A stretch of 64,000 nucleotides of DNA from Lama glama (taxonomy: Eukaryota), in assembly GCA_028534125.1 (NCBI GenBank), contig JAPYYK010000093.1:372001-436000 (forward strand). Direction: 5' to 3'. Positions 37,369 through 49,570 of this stretch are shown here, in pieces. Position 1 is the first letter of the stretch; every line of letters starts with the position of its first letter. Made by a program: the position numbers and the translations under genes. The notes below the pieces were generated by a model. The model saw only the letters and a list, made by a program, of their open reading frames with translations. It did no database searches and was not told the origin of the DNA.

Positions 37369-40300
37369 TCACAGGATGTCTGCCCGCTTGTCCCGCACAC
37401 GGCTGCGCGCCTTGGTCCGAGCTTTGAAGGCAGCAGCATTGTACAGGTGCTGGAGTGGGGGCAAGGATCCAGTGAGTTGAAGAGGAAGGAGGCGGCCCAG
37501 GGCTTCTCCACCCCCTGCAGAACCCCAGGCGGCGGGAACCGAGGTAAGACAAAGGTGCCCAAGGGTACAGACCTTCTCAAAACGTGAAATCTTGCAGGCC
37601 TTCAGGGCAGTGGCATCCAGCACCAGCACAGGACCCAGGCCAAAGATGTCACGGAGTAGCTCATTGTTCTGAGGGCAAAGAACAGTGAGGGCAGTGAGCT
37701 CAGTGCAGTCTGAAGCAGCCGAGCTGGGTGCCCTGTCCCTGTCCACCTCCCCACCTGGAGGTGATGGTGCAGGCCGGAACCCAGCACGTCCTTGAAGGCG
37801 GCGTAGATCCGGCGCCGAGCCCAGCTGTCCACATAGAGCACCTCGAGCCCAAAACGGACTGTCTCCTCCTCACACTCGCCGCCCTGCAGGATAGAGGGGC
37901 CCATGGGACTGGCCTTGGCGGCTGGGCCCGGGGATACGCTCGCTAGGACGCGCTGGTCCTCACACGCACCTCAACAAAGCGCAGCACCGCACGGAAGGTA
38001 GAGCGCTGACGCCGGCGGTCAGCCTTGGCTCGGTACTTGTTGCTGTCAGTGGCCAGAGTGCGCAGCGCACCGCAGAGGGCTTCCATGTCCTGGTAAATAA
38101 AGCCCTGCAGTGGGAGCAATGGAGGCTGTGTGAGCAGAAGCCTGAGCCCTACCGGCTCTCCACATGGTGGGGGGAAGGGGATGGTTCAGAGCCTCCTTTC
38201 ACTGAGGAAGTCATTTTCTTGTCTGCCTGGCCCCCCTGAATCCCTTCTTGGCCCCTGCCTGGGCTGGACACCCCTGCTCAGGGGCACCATCTCAGCACCT
38301 GGCATCTGAGCCTGTGTCAGGGCTACTTGCCCTGCATAATGACCTTGTTTTCTGTGGCATCCCCCGCACCCAGCCTGAGATGGGCAGATGGTGTCACAGC
38401 AGGCACCCTCCCCACCCTGACACCCCCTCGCATCTCTCGCACCTCTAGGTCCCGGGTGAGTTCAAAGAGCAGTGCGATGGTCTCGCCGGCAGCGATCCGC
38501 AGGTTCACGCTTTCACTGGACAATAGCTGGGGCAGCCGAGGCAGCTGCCTAGGGAAGGGGCAGGCTGAGGTGTGGGTTGGAAGTCTCTTTGCGTTTCCCC
38601 TCCCACTCCCAGTGGGCAGTCACCCCTACCTGTCCAGGATGTGGCGGATGTGGGTGCTGGGGCAGATGGTGAGGAGCAATGCCCAGGCCTGCAGGGCAGC
38701 ACAGAGCAGGCCATGCAGGCTGACAGGGACCACAGGGGCTGTGGAGCCACCCACACCACAGAAACGGCTGAAAACACCTTCCAAGCAGGTGAGGCAAGAG
38801 ACCAAGTCCTAGAGGCACAGGGAGGCAGGGGAGTGGCTCAGGGCCAAGCTCGGGTCTTGGTGCTCTACTGCCTGTACCTGCAGGCTACTTACCTGTATAT
38901 CGCCAGCAGCCACGTAGCAGCCCAAGCCAAGAGCAGAAGCACACTGTTGGGAAGAGAGCCAGGCCGTGGTCAGAGGGTGAGCCTGAGTTCCCAGCCACGG
39001 GGCTCACCTTCAGAGGAGGGGAACCTGGAGGCCGGTGGGACCCACCTCTCTGCTTAGGGATTAGGCAAAGGAAGTGTGTCACAGGGCATGGAACACTCAC
39101 GTGGAGCCGGGCAGCAGGACTAGCTGTGCCATCACTGAGCACAGAGACCAGCAGGGGTTGCAGGCTGTGGAATAACTCCTCACCCTTGGGTCCAGGGCCC
39201 AGCTGCACACACAGCAGGCCTAGTACGGCAGCAGCCAGGGCCTGTTCCTCGTCCTTCCCTGCAGGGATGCCTTCCAGTCAGTCCATGCAGCAGGGGTCAG
39301 CACCCAGCCAGTTCAGGCCCCCTGTGCACCCCCAGGCCCAACCTTTCTTGAGGCACTTTTCCAAGGCATCGGCCAGTGTGAGGCGGCGCTCCAGCACGAA
39401 GTCGGGGAGTAGGTGGGCCGCCAGGGCCAGGCGCAGGCTCTCAAGAGCACTCTGCCGGGTCTTGAAACTGACGGATAAAGGAGGTCTCGTGGGCCAACCC
39501 CACCCAGGTCACATTTGGCATAGGCTGAGCAGGGACATGGGGGAAAGGGCTGGTTGGCAGTCAGGGGTACCTCTTGTCTGTGAGGCAGTCCACATACTCC
39601 TTCAACTTCTCCTCAAGGTCTTCCTGCTGACCCTGCTCATCCACGGCATCCCCCCCTGCAAGGCCAGCTGGTCATCCCTGCTTCCTGCCCTAGCCCGCTG
39701 AGCCCCCACGGAGTCCCGACCAAACGCCCACCCAGTCTCACCAAGGCTTTCCTCTGCTGCGGTGCTAACGAGGCTGGGGCATTCACTGGTGTTGCTGCGG
39801 GCCTCACTGGCTGCCTCATCCTCGCTGGAGCCTGACTCAGCCTGAGTATTGCTCCGGGCACCTGTGGAGGGTGGAACGGGACACTTGGCCTGCCTTCATT
39901 AACGAGTGATGGCTGGGGTTACCTCACCCAGGCTCATGACCCCACAAGACAGAATGCTGCCCCCCCCCCCAGGCTGAAGTGGGAGGCAAAGAGGCTAATG
40001 CTGGGCACCTTGAGCCAGGAAACAGGAGAAAAGGAGCAAAGTCTACTTCTGGGGAGTCAGGCATCAGGGCCAAATGAGGATGACCTGGCAGGCTTGGTGA
40101 GCAGTGCCTCCCTGAGACTAGAGCCTGCTTTTTTTTTTCTTAAGAGGTTATTTATATGTTTACTTGATAATGTCATATTTTTAAAATTGAAGTATAGTTG
40201 ATATACATTATACAATAGATACACAATTTAGTGATTCACCATTTTAAAAGGTTATACTACATTTATACTTAGTATCAAATATTGGCTATATTCCCCCATG

Positions 40301-43300
40301 TTTTACAATAATACGTCCTTGTAGCTTATTTTATACCTGATAGTTTGTACTTCTAAATCCTCTACCTCTATCTTGCCCCTGTGTCCCCTCCTCACTGGTA
40401 ACCCTAGTTCCTTCTCTACATCTGTGAGTCTGTTTCTTTTCTGATATATTCACTAGTTTGTTATATTTTTTAGATTCCACATGTAAGTAATATCTTACAG
40501 TATTTGTCTTTCTCTGTCTAACTTATTTCCCTCAGCATCATGCCCTCCCAGTCTATCCATGCTGTACACCACAAACTAATACAACATTTTAAATCAACTC
40601 TACTTCAGTTAAAAGGCAAACAAAGAACCCATTTAAAATATCGGCAGAATAGACTTACCTTATGATCCAGCAATCCCACTCCTGGGCATATATCCAGAGA
40701 AAAACATAATTCAAAAAGACACACCCCAACGTTCACAGCAGCACTATTTAAATAGCCAAGACACGGAAAGGACCTAATGTCCATCGACAGATGACTGGAT
40801 AAAGAAGCTGTGGTATATATGTACACAATGGAATAGCCCCTCAGAAAGACTAGGACAGTGAGAATACAGAGGTCAGATAACAGAGGTGGAATGCTTTCTA
40901 ACGTTTTGAGAGTAAAGGGCCTTTGAAAAAAGAGGAAAATACAGAGACTTAGTAGGACAAAAAAAATATGAGAGAATAAAAACAGACATGGGTTACTAGG
41001 AAATGTTGAGAAAAAGAGCAAGGAAGACAATGCCTGAGAAAGATGACAGAGAATATGCAACTAGAAGGAAAGGGGAAAAAAAAGGTTTTGAAGGAGAAAA
41101 TGAGAAAAAAAGCTTCCCCAGAAGTGAAGTGAGGGACTCACCTGGCTGCTCTCCTTGTGGCTAAGAACGCTGTGGGGAGGGATGGCAGGCTACAGAGGAC
41201 AGGAGGGTGACCTCCTCCCACAGTGGGATGGGATGGTGGTGTCACGTAAGCTGGACCTGACCAGGTCAGGGTGGTCTTTTAACGTGGGAGAGTTAGCCGA
41301 CCACAAAGACTATTCTGACAACCTACTCTGAGGAGAAATGACATTCTGGGACACCAGCTTTTCCAGATGTGCATGTTGTGTGAATGAAAACATTGGGATA
41401 TCAACTCAGGATGTGATTCTATTCTGTGGAAGCCATAAGTTACAAGTCAACTTGATGAAATAAAAAAGATTTTAAAGAATAGTAAAAGTTGTGAAAATAT
41501 AAACTATTTAAAGTACAATGAAATAAGATTTTAAAGAATAATAAAAGTTGTGAAAATATAAACTAAAGTACATGAAATAAAATAGATTTTAGAATGGCAT
41601 TTACATTTCTATCAAAATTATTTAAGAGAATATTCATGGATGTGTATAATGAGAAAAATATAAAAAAGATAACTGGGGAGGGGTAAATTTGTATTTGATG
41701 CTCCCAAACTTCTAACTATTATGTATAAAACAGATAAACAACAAGGTTCTATGATATAGTACAGGGTATTCAATACCTTGTAATAACCTATAATGAAAAA
41801 ATATGGGTATATATATGGATGAATGAATCACCATGCTATATACCAGAAATTAATACACTGTGAATCAGCTATACTTCAATAAAAATAAAAGCCCAAGATA
41901 TGATTTTTAAAAATATTTCAGTGATCAATCCGTAACTTTGTCCACTTAAAATGTATCTTTAGTTAAAATGTATTTTTAGTTAAAAGAAACAATGAAGATA
42001 AACAACTAATTCAAATAAATCTATGTCATACTCTTTCTTACCAGAATGTTACTTTCAGGATTAATAATACTTTCCCTTGTGGTGATTGTAAAATATGTTC
42101 CTCAAATTAATTACCATAAACTTAACGTGGAGGAGAAAATGAAATATTCAGAAACTAATTTTAAAAGTAGTACAATATGTTTATCTGGAAACCAGTATGT
42201 TTACTTGGGTTTCAGTGACTTCTAAGGTAGAGAAGAAACTGCAGAAAATGTCACTTCCTGATCCAAGGACACACGCACCCCCGTTCAAGCAGAAGCCCAG
42301 CTTCTCCCTGCACCTCGATGACTCCTCAAAGGAAATTCCCACCTGAGAATTTACACGGTGGGCATTGAGAAGTATTCACATAGCAATAAGTATTACTAGA
42401 AATAAGAAGGAAATGTTCATAACGAGGAAAGCATCAAAACATAAAGACATAAAAAACTCCTAAATATTTAGGACTGGCCTTAGCTACAGGAAGCGAAAGT
42501 GGACAGAATGAGCAGGAACCACAGACGAGGCCACTGGAGGTGTGCAGGGGAGCAGATGGGAGACCAGAGGCCCGGGTGAAGTACCTGGAGAGGCGGAGGG
42601 GCGAGGAGCCGAGGAGGACCTGGGCCTGGCTGGGCCCCGCCAAGGGCCCAGGAACCTGGTCCAGTCATGGAGCCCACGACACAGAGGGGCCCACAAGGGG
42701 GGCCAGAGCCCGAGCCCCCCTCCCAGGGAAAGGGGCAGGGTGATTAAGCGGTGCTGGGAAAACTGGACAGCTACCTGTGACAGCCTGAAATCAGAACATT
42801 CTACAAAAAAGAAACTCAAAATGGACTAAAGACTTGAATGTAAGACCAGATACTTGAAAAAGTATCGAAAGGAAAACACAGGCAGAGCACTCTGGGACAT
42901 AAATCACAGAAATATATATATATTTGGTTTCTTTGTTTTGGGGGGGCAGCAGAGATCATTAAGATTATTTATTTATTATTTATTTATTTATTTGCCTATT
43001 TACTTATTTTTAATGGAGGTACTGGGGATTGAACCCAGAACCTCATGCATGCTAAGCATGCCCCTACCACTTGAGCGATAACCCCCTCAAGCAACATATT
43101 TTTGGGACCAGCTCCCGCGGTAATCGAAATAAAAGCAAAAATAAACATATGGGATCTAATGAAACTGCAAAGCTTTTCCACAGCTAAGGATTCCATCAAC
43201 AAAACGAACAGAAAATCTACACAATGGGAGAAAATCTTTGCAAATGATGCGACTGACAAGGAACCAATTTCAGAAATACACAAACAGCTCATACACCTTA

Positions 43301-46300
43301 AAAAAAAAAAGCAACCCTATCAAAAAATGTNNNNNNNNNNNNNNNNNNNNNNNNNNNNNNNNNNNNNNNNNNNNNNNNNNNNNNNNNNNNNNNNNNNNNN
43401 NNNNNNNNNNNNNNNNNNNNNNNNNNNNNNNNNNNNNNNNNNNNNNNNNNNNNNNNNNNNNNNNNNNNNNNNNNNNNNNNNNNNNNNNNNNNNATGACAT
43501 ATGCTGGAGAGGGTGTGCAGAAAAGGGAACCCTCCCACCTACACTGTTGATGAGAACGTAGTTTGCTGCAGCTGTAAAGGAAACGAGAATGAAGACTCCT
43601 CAAAAAAAAAAAAACAAAAAAAAAAAACAAACCAGACTTAACACATCATCCAGTAGTCCAAAGCATTGGCATTTATCTGAGGGGTACATCCAGAGGGAAC
43701 TCTAATTCCAAAAGATACATGCACCCCAATGTTCACAGCAGCACTGTATACAATAGGCTAGACAGGACAGCAACTGAAATGTCCCTCAACAAGTGACTCC
43801 ATAAACAAGCTATGGTATATTTATACCATGGAATACCACTCAGCCATAAAAAGGAGTGAAATAATGCCATTTGCAGCAATGTGAATGGACCTAGGGATGG
43901 TTATTCTAAGTGAAACGGCAGAAAAGGGGAAGGAAATCACCATGTGCCATCACTCATAGGTGGAATCTAAAAGAAGAATAAAAGAAGACACTATTGAACT
44001 AAACTACAAAACAGAAACAGACTCGCAGACACTGTAAACAATCTTATGGTTACCAGGCAAAGGGGATGGGAAGGATAAATTTGGGAGTTTTAGATTTGCA
44101 AATGTTAGGCACTATACATAAAAATAGATTTAAAAAAAACAAAAGGAAGTTTCTTGTTTATAGCACAGTGTACTATATTCAGTATGTCATAATAACATTT
44201 AATGAAATAGAATATGAAGGTGAATGTACGTATGTATACGCATGACTTGGATATTGTGCTGTACACAAGAAACTGACACATTGTAACTGACTGTACTTCA
44301 GTTAATCAATTGATCACACTGGAATTAAAATAAAAAGTAACCTGCTATGTTCAATGGGTATGACCTTAACTATATATAGTCTTATACTTGAAAAGATAAA
44401 ATTTTAAAGGAAAGTGTTTTTGATTTTTTTACCTCTAAGTGCATTTACCCAAAAGTAACTCATGATATAAGTCTTTTCTTATCCACCCTCAGATTTTTTT
44501 TGCATTGTTTATATTTTTTATTTGATTCAAGTATAGTCAGTTTACAATGCTGTGTTAATTGTGGCATGCAGCATGATTCAGTTATACATATATATGTGTA
44601 TATATATATTCCTTTTCATATTCTTTTTTTATATGTATATATTTCCATTGAAGTACAGTGAGTTTATAGTGTGTTGTCAATCTCTGGTGTAAAGCATAAT
44701 GCTTCAGTCATACACAAACATACATGTAGTTTTCATATTCTTTTCCATCATAAATTACAAGATACTGAATATAGTTCCCTGCGCTATATAGTATGAACTT
44801 GTTTATATATTTTTATATATATTAGTATCTCCAAATCTCAAACTCCCAAGTTATCCCTTCCCACACCACCATCAGATTCTTGATAAGGATGTTTACCATC
44901 AAGAAGTTTTACAAAGAACGCTAAGATGTAGACATTCAGCAGCCCACAGGGCCAGTATTTCAGTAAGGACCCCAATACAGCAATGAGGCTTATTCACAGC
45001 ACAGCCTACACTTTCCCATGTAAAATAATTACCTACTTAAAGCCCAATTTCCCAGGTATCATGCCAGGGTGCAAAGCTTGGAGGAAAGGAAAAGTTGTCT
45101 ACATTTAAAAGATGAGGAAACTAAAGCACAGAGAAGTTAATCAGATGAAAGCTAAAGCAGAAAAAGGAAAAGCTTTATCTGGCCCACTTTATAACAGTTT
45201 CTGAATCTAAACATCTGTCTGAATTCATGACAAATATGAAATGCCATATTACTCTTCTTGAAAAAGAGTGAGCTTTCATTCTAGAAAAACACTAGCATCA
45301 AGATACAGTTTGTATAAAAAACAAATTATATTAAGAGGGGGAGGGTATAGCTCAGTGGCAGACCACTTGCTCAGCATGCAGAAGGTCCTGGGTTCAATCT
45401 CCAGTACCTCCATTAAAAAATAAATAAATAAACCTAATTATGCCCCCCAAAATAAATAAACATAAATTGTACAAAAATTTTTTTTAATTTTTAAAAATTA
45501 TATTACATGGAGATTTATAGTAGCTTTATTGATAACTGTCAACACTTTGAAGTAACCAAGATGTCCTTCAATAAGTGAATGGATAAACAAACTGTGGTAT
45601 ATGCAGACAATGTAATATTATTGAGCAGTAAAAAGAAATGAGCTATCAAGCTCTGAAAGACAGGAAAAGACCTTAAATGTGTATTTCTTAGTAAAAGTAG
45701 CCAATCTAAAAGGCTACATACTGTATGATTCTAACTACATGACAATCTAGCAAAGGCAAAACTATGGCAACAGTAAAAAGATTTGTGATTGCTAGGGGCT
45801 GGGGAAGAGGAAGGGATGAATAGAAGCACAGAGGGTTTTTAGGACAGCGAAACTATTCTGTATGATACTATAATGGTGGAGCCATTATACATTTGGCAAA
45901 ACTCAGAACATACAACACAAAGAGTGAACCCTAGCATAAACTACAGACTTTGGGTGGTAATGACGTGTCAATGTAGGTTCACCAACTGTTAACAAATGTA
46001 CCTCTGCTGTGGAATGCTGATATGTATGGGTGGGAGCAACGGGTATATGGGAAATCTGTACTTCCCATTCAATTTTGCTACGAACCTAACACTGTTCTAA
46101 AAAATAAAAGTCTATTTTTTAAAAGTGAAATTATATAAATGTTCTAATTTTTTATCTAGGTGGTGCTTTTATCGGGGTTAGGTGTGTACATGTGTAAAAA
46201 TGTTCACATTATGTATACTTTATATATATTTTATACTTCAATAAGAGTTACTTTAAAAGAAAACAAAAATCTAACACAGCAAACCGATCACCTGAGGGGG

Positions 46301-49163
46301 AATAAATCTGTGTTTAAACTACCAATGGAAGACAGCAAGAGGAATACTATATACTGGTTTTCTCTATCAACAAACTCGAAAACAATACAGTAAGCTAAAA
46401 ACAAAAGACACACAAAATTTTTCATAAAATGCCTTCTTAAAGAAGCAGTATTTAAAGAGTTAATTTCTCACTTCACCCAACTCCGACACAAAAGTTTCAT
46501 TCATCTTAAATACTCACCTTACCTTACATCCAGAAAATACCATTTTAGCAGGTCCATATGAATCAACTTTATTCTTTAAGAGACTTAAGAAGCTATAAAA
46601 GAGGATGCTGATAATCAAGTTCTCGGCTACAAAGAAATCGGTCACTGAACACTGGCACAAGAAGTCAACGATGAAATGAAATGGAACATGCCATACAGAA
46701 CTATGAACACACAGTGTGGAAATGATTTTTAACAGGAGGGTGGATTTAAGGGATGAATATTCCACCAACAGCAGTACTTGTTGCTCCCAGAAATTAAAAT
46801 CACTTAGCTAGGACTCTGGTTGCTCCTGGTTGTCAAATACCACACATGGAAGATCATCAGATAAGGAAGCCTCAAGGTTTGAAAAGTTTCATGTGAATTA
46901 AAATTAATTCACATGCAACTTTTTAAGGTAGCATACTTGCCATATGACCTTTGTCCTATTACTCTGCCATCTTGACCAGACTGCTTTAAGGAGAATACCT
47001 AGGATACTGGGCCAAGGGAGAGGGGGCTGCATAGGCCCCACCTAGGCCAGCAGCCCAGCCTAGGGTGAGGGCGTATCCAGGAAGATCCTGGAGGAGCCTT
47101 TGGATGCCCCAAGATGGCCAGGGCAAGAGTCAGGGACTTAAAACAGTCAAACAGACTCAGGGTTCAAATCCCAGCTACACACCCTAACAGGAGTGTAAAC
47201 AGGTCAGGTTCCTAGTCTTCAAAGCCTCAATTTCTCCATCTGCAAAAAAGACCTCTTTGGGGCAGGGCAAGTGAAGGTAATGACTAAACAAGTGACTACT
47301 AATGGCTCTTCTGTGGACCAACAAGCTCACCAGGTCACCCACCAGCCCTGGCGGCAAAGGCCCAGATCCTAGTAGATGCGGGTGGGTGCCCTAGGCTTCA
47401 AGCGTACTGGCTTCTGAGCGCCCCCTGGTCCATCCCAGGCCTTCAGCCCCAGGTGGATGGACACATAGGCTCCTTCTGACCCTGGGACGTGCAGAGAGCT
47501 GAGTGGCCCCTGACTGCATGAGCCCCTGAAAACAGGTGAACACAGGGCAATTTCAGGGTCAGCAGAGCTGGACCACTTATGTGAGTGGGCTCTGCCCAGG
47601 GTCAGGGACTGACTTTGGCAAGGGCAGCTACTGTAGTGGAGCTCCAGACATGTTCTGGTCACCAGGCTGGCCCTACTTCCAGGAACTATGTACATACTCC
47701 CTGTGCCTGCCAGACAAAGTCCAGCGCACACACACACTGGCCTCTGCTCACCTCCTCTCTCACTACCCTACAAACCAAAGAGGCCCAACTTTCCCTCATC
47801 TGGTCCACTGTGCCATGGCCCCTCCAGATGTCAGGCCCTTGCCCAGCTTGTGGCCTCTATATGGCGCTCTCCTCTTAACCTTCTCAGGACTCACCCAAGA
47901 ACCCCTCTTCCTTGGTTCCTGTCTGGGGCTGTCACCACTCAGTGAACTTGTCCCCCAGCACTAGTCCTTCTGGAGCGTTGCCACCCTCTTCAATGTCCCC
48001 TTGTAACGGAGCAGGACCCTATGAGGCCTTCCTGGGACAGACCCCTCCCCCATATCCTCTGCTGTAGCTTCTCTCTTAAGTACCTAGATAATGGTATTTG
48101 ATGAACATTGCCTTAATTGTTTTAAGATGCTAAAACCACCACCAAATGGACGAAGTTAACTAATTGATGATCATGAGCACCGTAGCCTCCAGACCTACTG
48201 GCACCTGAGGATTGATAAAGTGAAATCCCCATGACAACCGCCCTGTTACCTCACCATCAAGCAATCAGATAACTGTGCAGTTTTTTACATACCCTGGCAT
48301 GCCTCTCCCTCATCTTGCCTTTAAAAATGTTTCACTGAAACTTTTTGGGGAGTTCTGGGTTTCTGAGCACGAGCCACGTGTTCTCCCTGTAGCACCTTAC
48401 AATAAACGCTGCTTTTTCCTATACTACAACCCAGTGTCAGTAGATTGGCTTTACTGCACGCGGACAGACCCAAATTTGGTTCGGTAACACCCTCACAAGC
48501 CCCATTAAAGTGGTGACCATGTCTGAGGTGTGTCTAATAGGCACCCCATCCCTGCAAAGCAAACATGTATCTTTACTGCACCACAACATGCTCCTCCTGG
48601 TTGAACTGATAAGCGACTCCAGGGTTGCCTCAGGCTCCAGGGCACTCATCTACCTTCCAGAGCCAAGCAGCCAAGACCCAAATTTTGCAGCTTCCCCATC
48701 ACTCCCTGTCTTGGTGCTCCGGGAAAAGCCACCCTCCGGCCAACTTCCTAGTCTAGTCCAGGAAAGATCAGGGCTTGGAGAAAGGGCTGGCTTCCTGCTC
48801 TGCCTGGCCGGTACGTCCACCACAGTAGACGAGCGGTGTGGCGGAACGATGAAGCAACTAAGGCCGGGAGGTGCACACCGGTTTAGGGCCGGGAGATAGG
48901 GCTCCAGGCAGGCAGGCAACGCGCTCAAGCTGAGCACACACGTGGCCGCTGATTCCTGGCGCACGTGCGGGCCACGGGGGAGTTGCGGGACGCCGCACCA
49001 GACTGGATGAGGCAAGAGTCCTCACCCCAGGACCCTCGGGGACACAGACGGGAACCCAATCAGGACCCCTACTCGCCGTTCCTCACTTGCGCCGCGTCCC
49101 CCACTTACCTCCTCCGCGGCGCTGGCCTCTGCGGGGTGCACTGCCCTTTCGGGCGCGGGGCAT
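37369..49163 (-). CDS. IFRD2: Interferon-related developmental regulator 2, 439 aa
   Basis: Exons (minus): 49163-49109 (MPRARKG), 39861-39742, 39655-39571, 39467-39343, 39258-39101, 38943-38893, 38808-38630, 38548-38443, 38104-37970, 37883-37755, 37668-37573, 37449-37369 (..KARTKARSRVRDKRADIL*); sum 1320 nt; ATTAAA at 36978-36983. Confidence 0.95.
42741..44340 (+). mobile_element. L1 3' portion (ORF2 end + 3' UTR), interrupted by a SINE and N gap 43331-43493
   Basis: TGCTGGGAAAACTGGACAGCTAC; peptide KAKINIWDLMKLQSFSTAKD..WEKIFAND; A-rich tail. Confidence 0.88.
42922..43087 (-). mobile_element. Vic-1-like camelid tRNA-derived SINE
   Basis: Reverse of GGGGGTTATCGCTCAAGTGGTAG..CATGCTTAGCATGCATGAGGTTCTGGGTTCAATCCCCAGTACCTCC with (AAAT)n tail. 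Confidence 0.85.
45337..45494 (+). mobile_element. Vic-1-like camelid tRNA-derived SINE
   Basis: GGGGAGGGTATAGCTCAGTGG (A box)..GGTTCAATCTCC (B box); TSD AAATTATATTA 45323-45333 / 45495-45505. Confidence 0.88.
45506..46250 (+). mobile_element. Old L1M-type 3' end
   Basis: CCAAGATGTCCTTCAATAAGTGAATGGATAAACAAACTGTGGTAT..; AAGAGTGAACCCTA..; boundaries approximate. Confidence 0.7.
48002..48489 (+). mobile_element. Solo LTR (ERV1-type)
   Basis: TGTAAC...GTAACA termini, 4-bp TSD CCCT (47998-48001, 48490-48493), TTTAAAA box and AATAAA at 48401. Confidence 0.88.
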
Positions 49164-49570
49164 GTCGGGAATCCGGCGTCGAGGGGCGCGGGGTCAGGCA
49201 CCTGGCGGGCGGGGGCTCCAGACCAGCGAGTCGCCGGCCAGTGTGCTGAATTGAGACTTCGGCAGACGACGGGAGCCACACGCCGCGCGCGCCACCATCT
49301 TCGCGAGGCGCCCCGCCCTGCCAAACAGGTTGAAGCGCCCCGCCCTACTGAACGGGTGGCCGGGAAGACGAGTTCCTGGTTGCTAGACTCAGACCCCCCT
49401 TCACGTTGCCGAAACTACCATTCCCAGAGTGCTGCGCGCCGAGATTACCGCCGGCCGGCTGGGCGCAGGGCACCTCGGGAATTGTAGTCTACTCCCGGGA
49501 CCTATAAGCCCACGACGCTTTAGCTGAACTATGCACCCACAATGCCCTGCGACCCCCAACACGTGTAGTG
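48930..49570 (-). promoter_or_regulatory. IFRD2 CpG-island promoter with ZNF143/ACTACAnnTCCC motifs and E-boxes
   Basis: ACTACCATTCCCAGAGTGC 49414-49432; GGGAATTGTAGT 49477-49488; CCCACAATGCCCTGC 49536-49550; CACGTG at 48939, 48962, 49560. Confidence 0.75.

Larger units (their letters stand above)
40132..46977 (-). mobile_element. Composite retrotransposed insertion (cargo plus nested L1/SINE) in IFRD2 intron 1
   Basis: AT-rich block in a GC-rich locus; polyT 40129-40138; candidate TSD AG(C/A)CTGCTTT at 40122-40131 and 46978-46987, right copy followed by AA. Confidence 0.5.

Noticed and set aside
45337-45412. tRNA-like sequence with A and B boxes
   Set aside because: Followed by an AT-rich tail and flanked by a TSD; it is a SINE, not a tRNA gene
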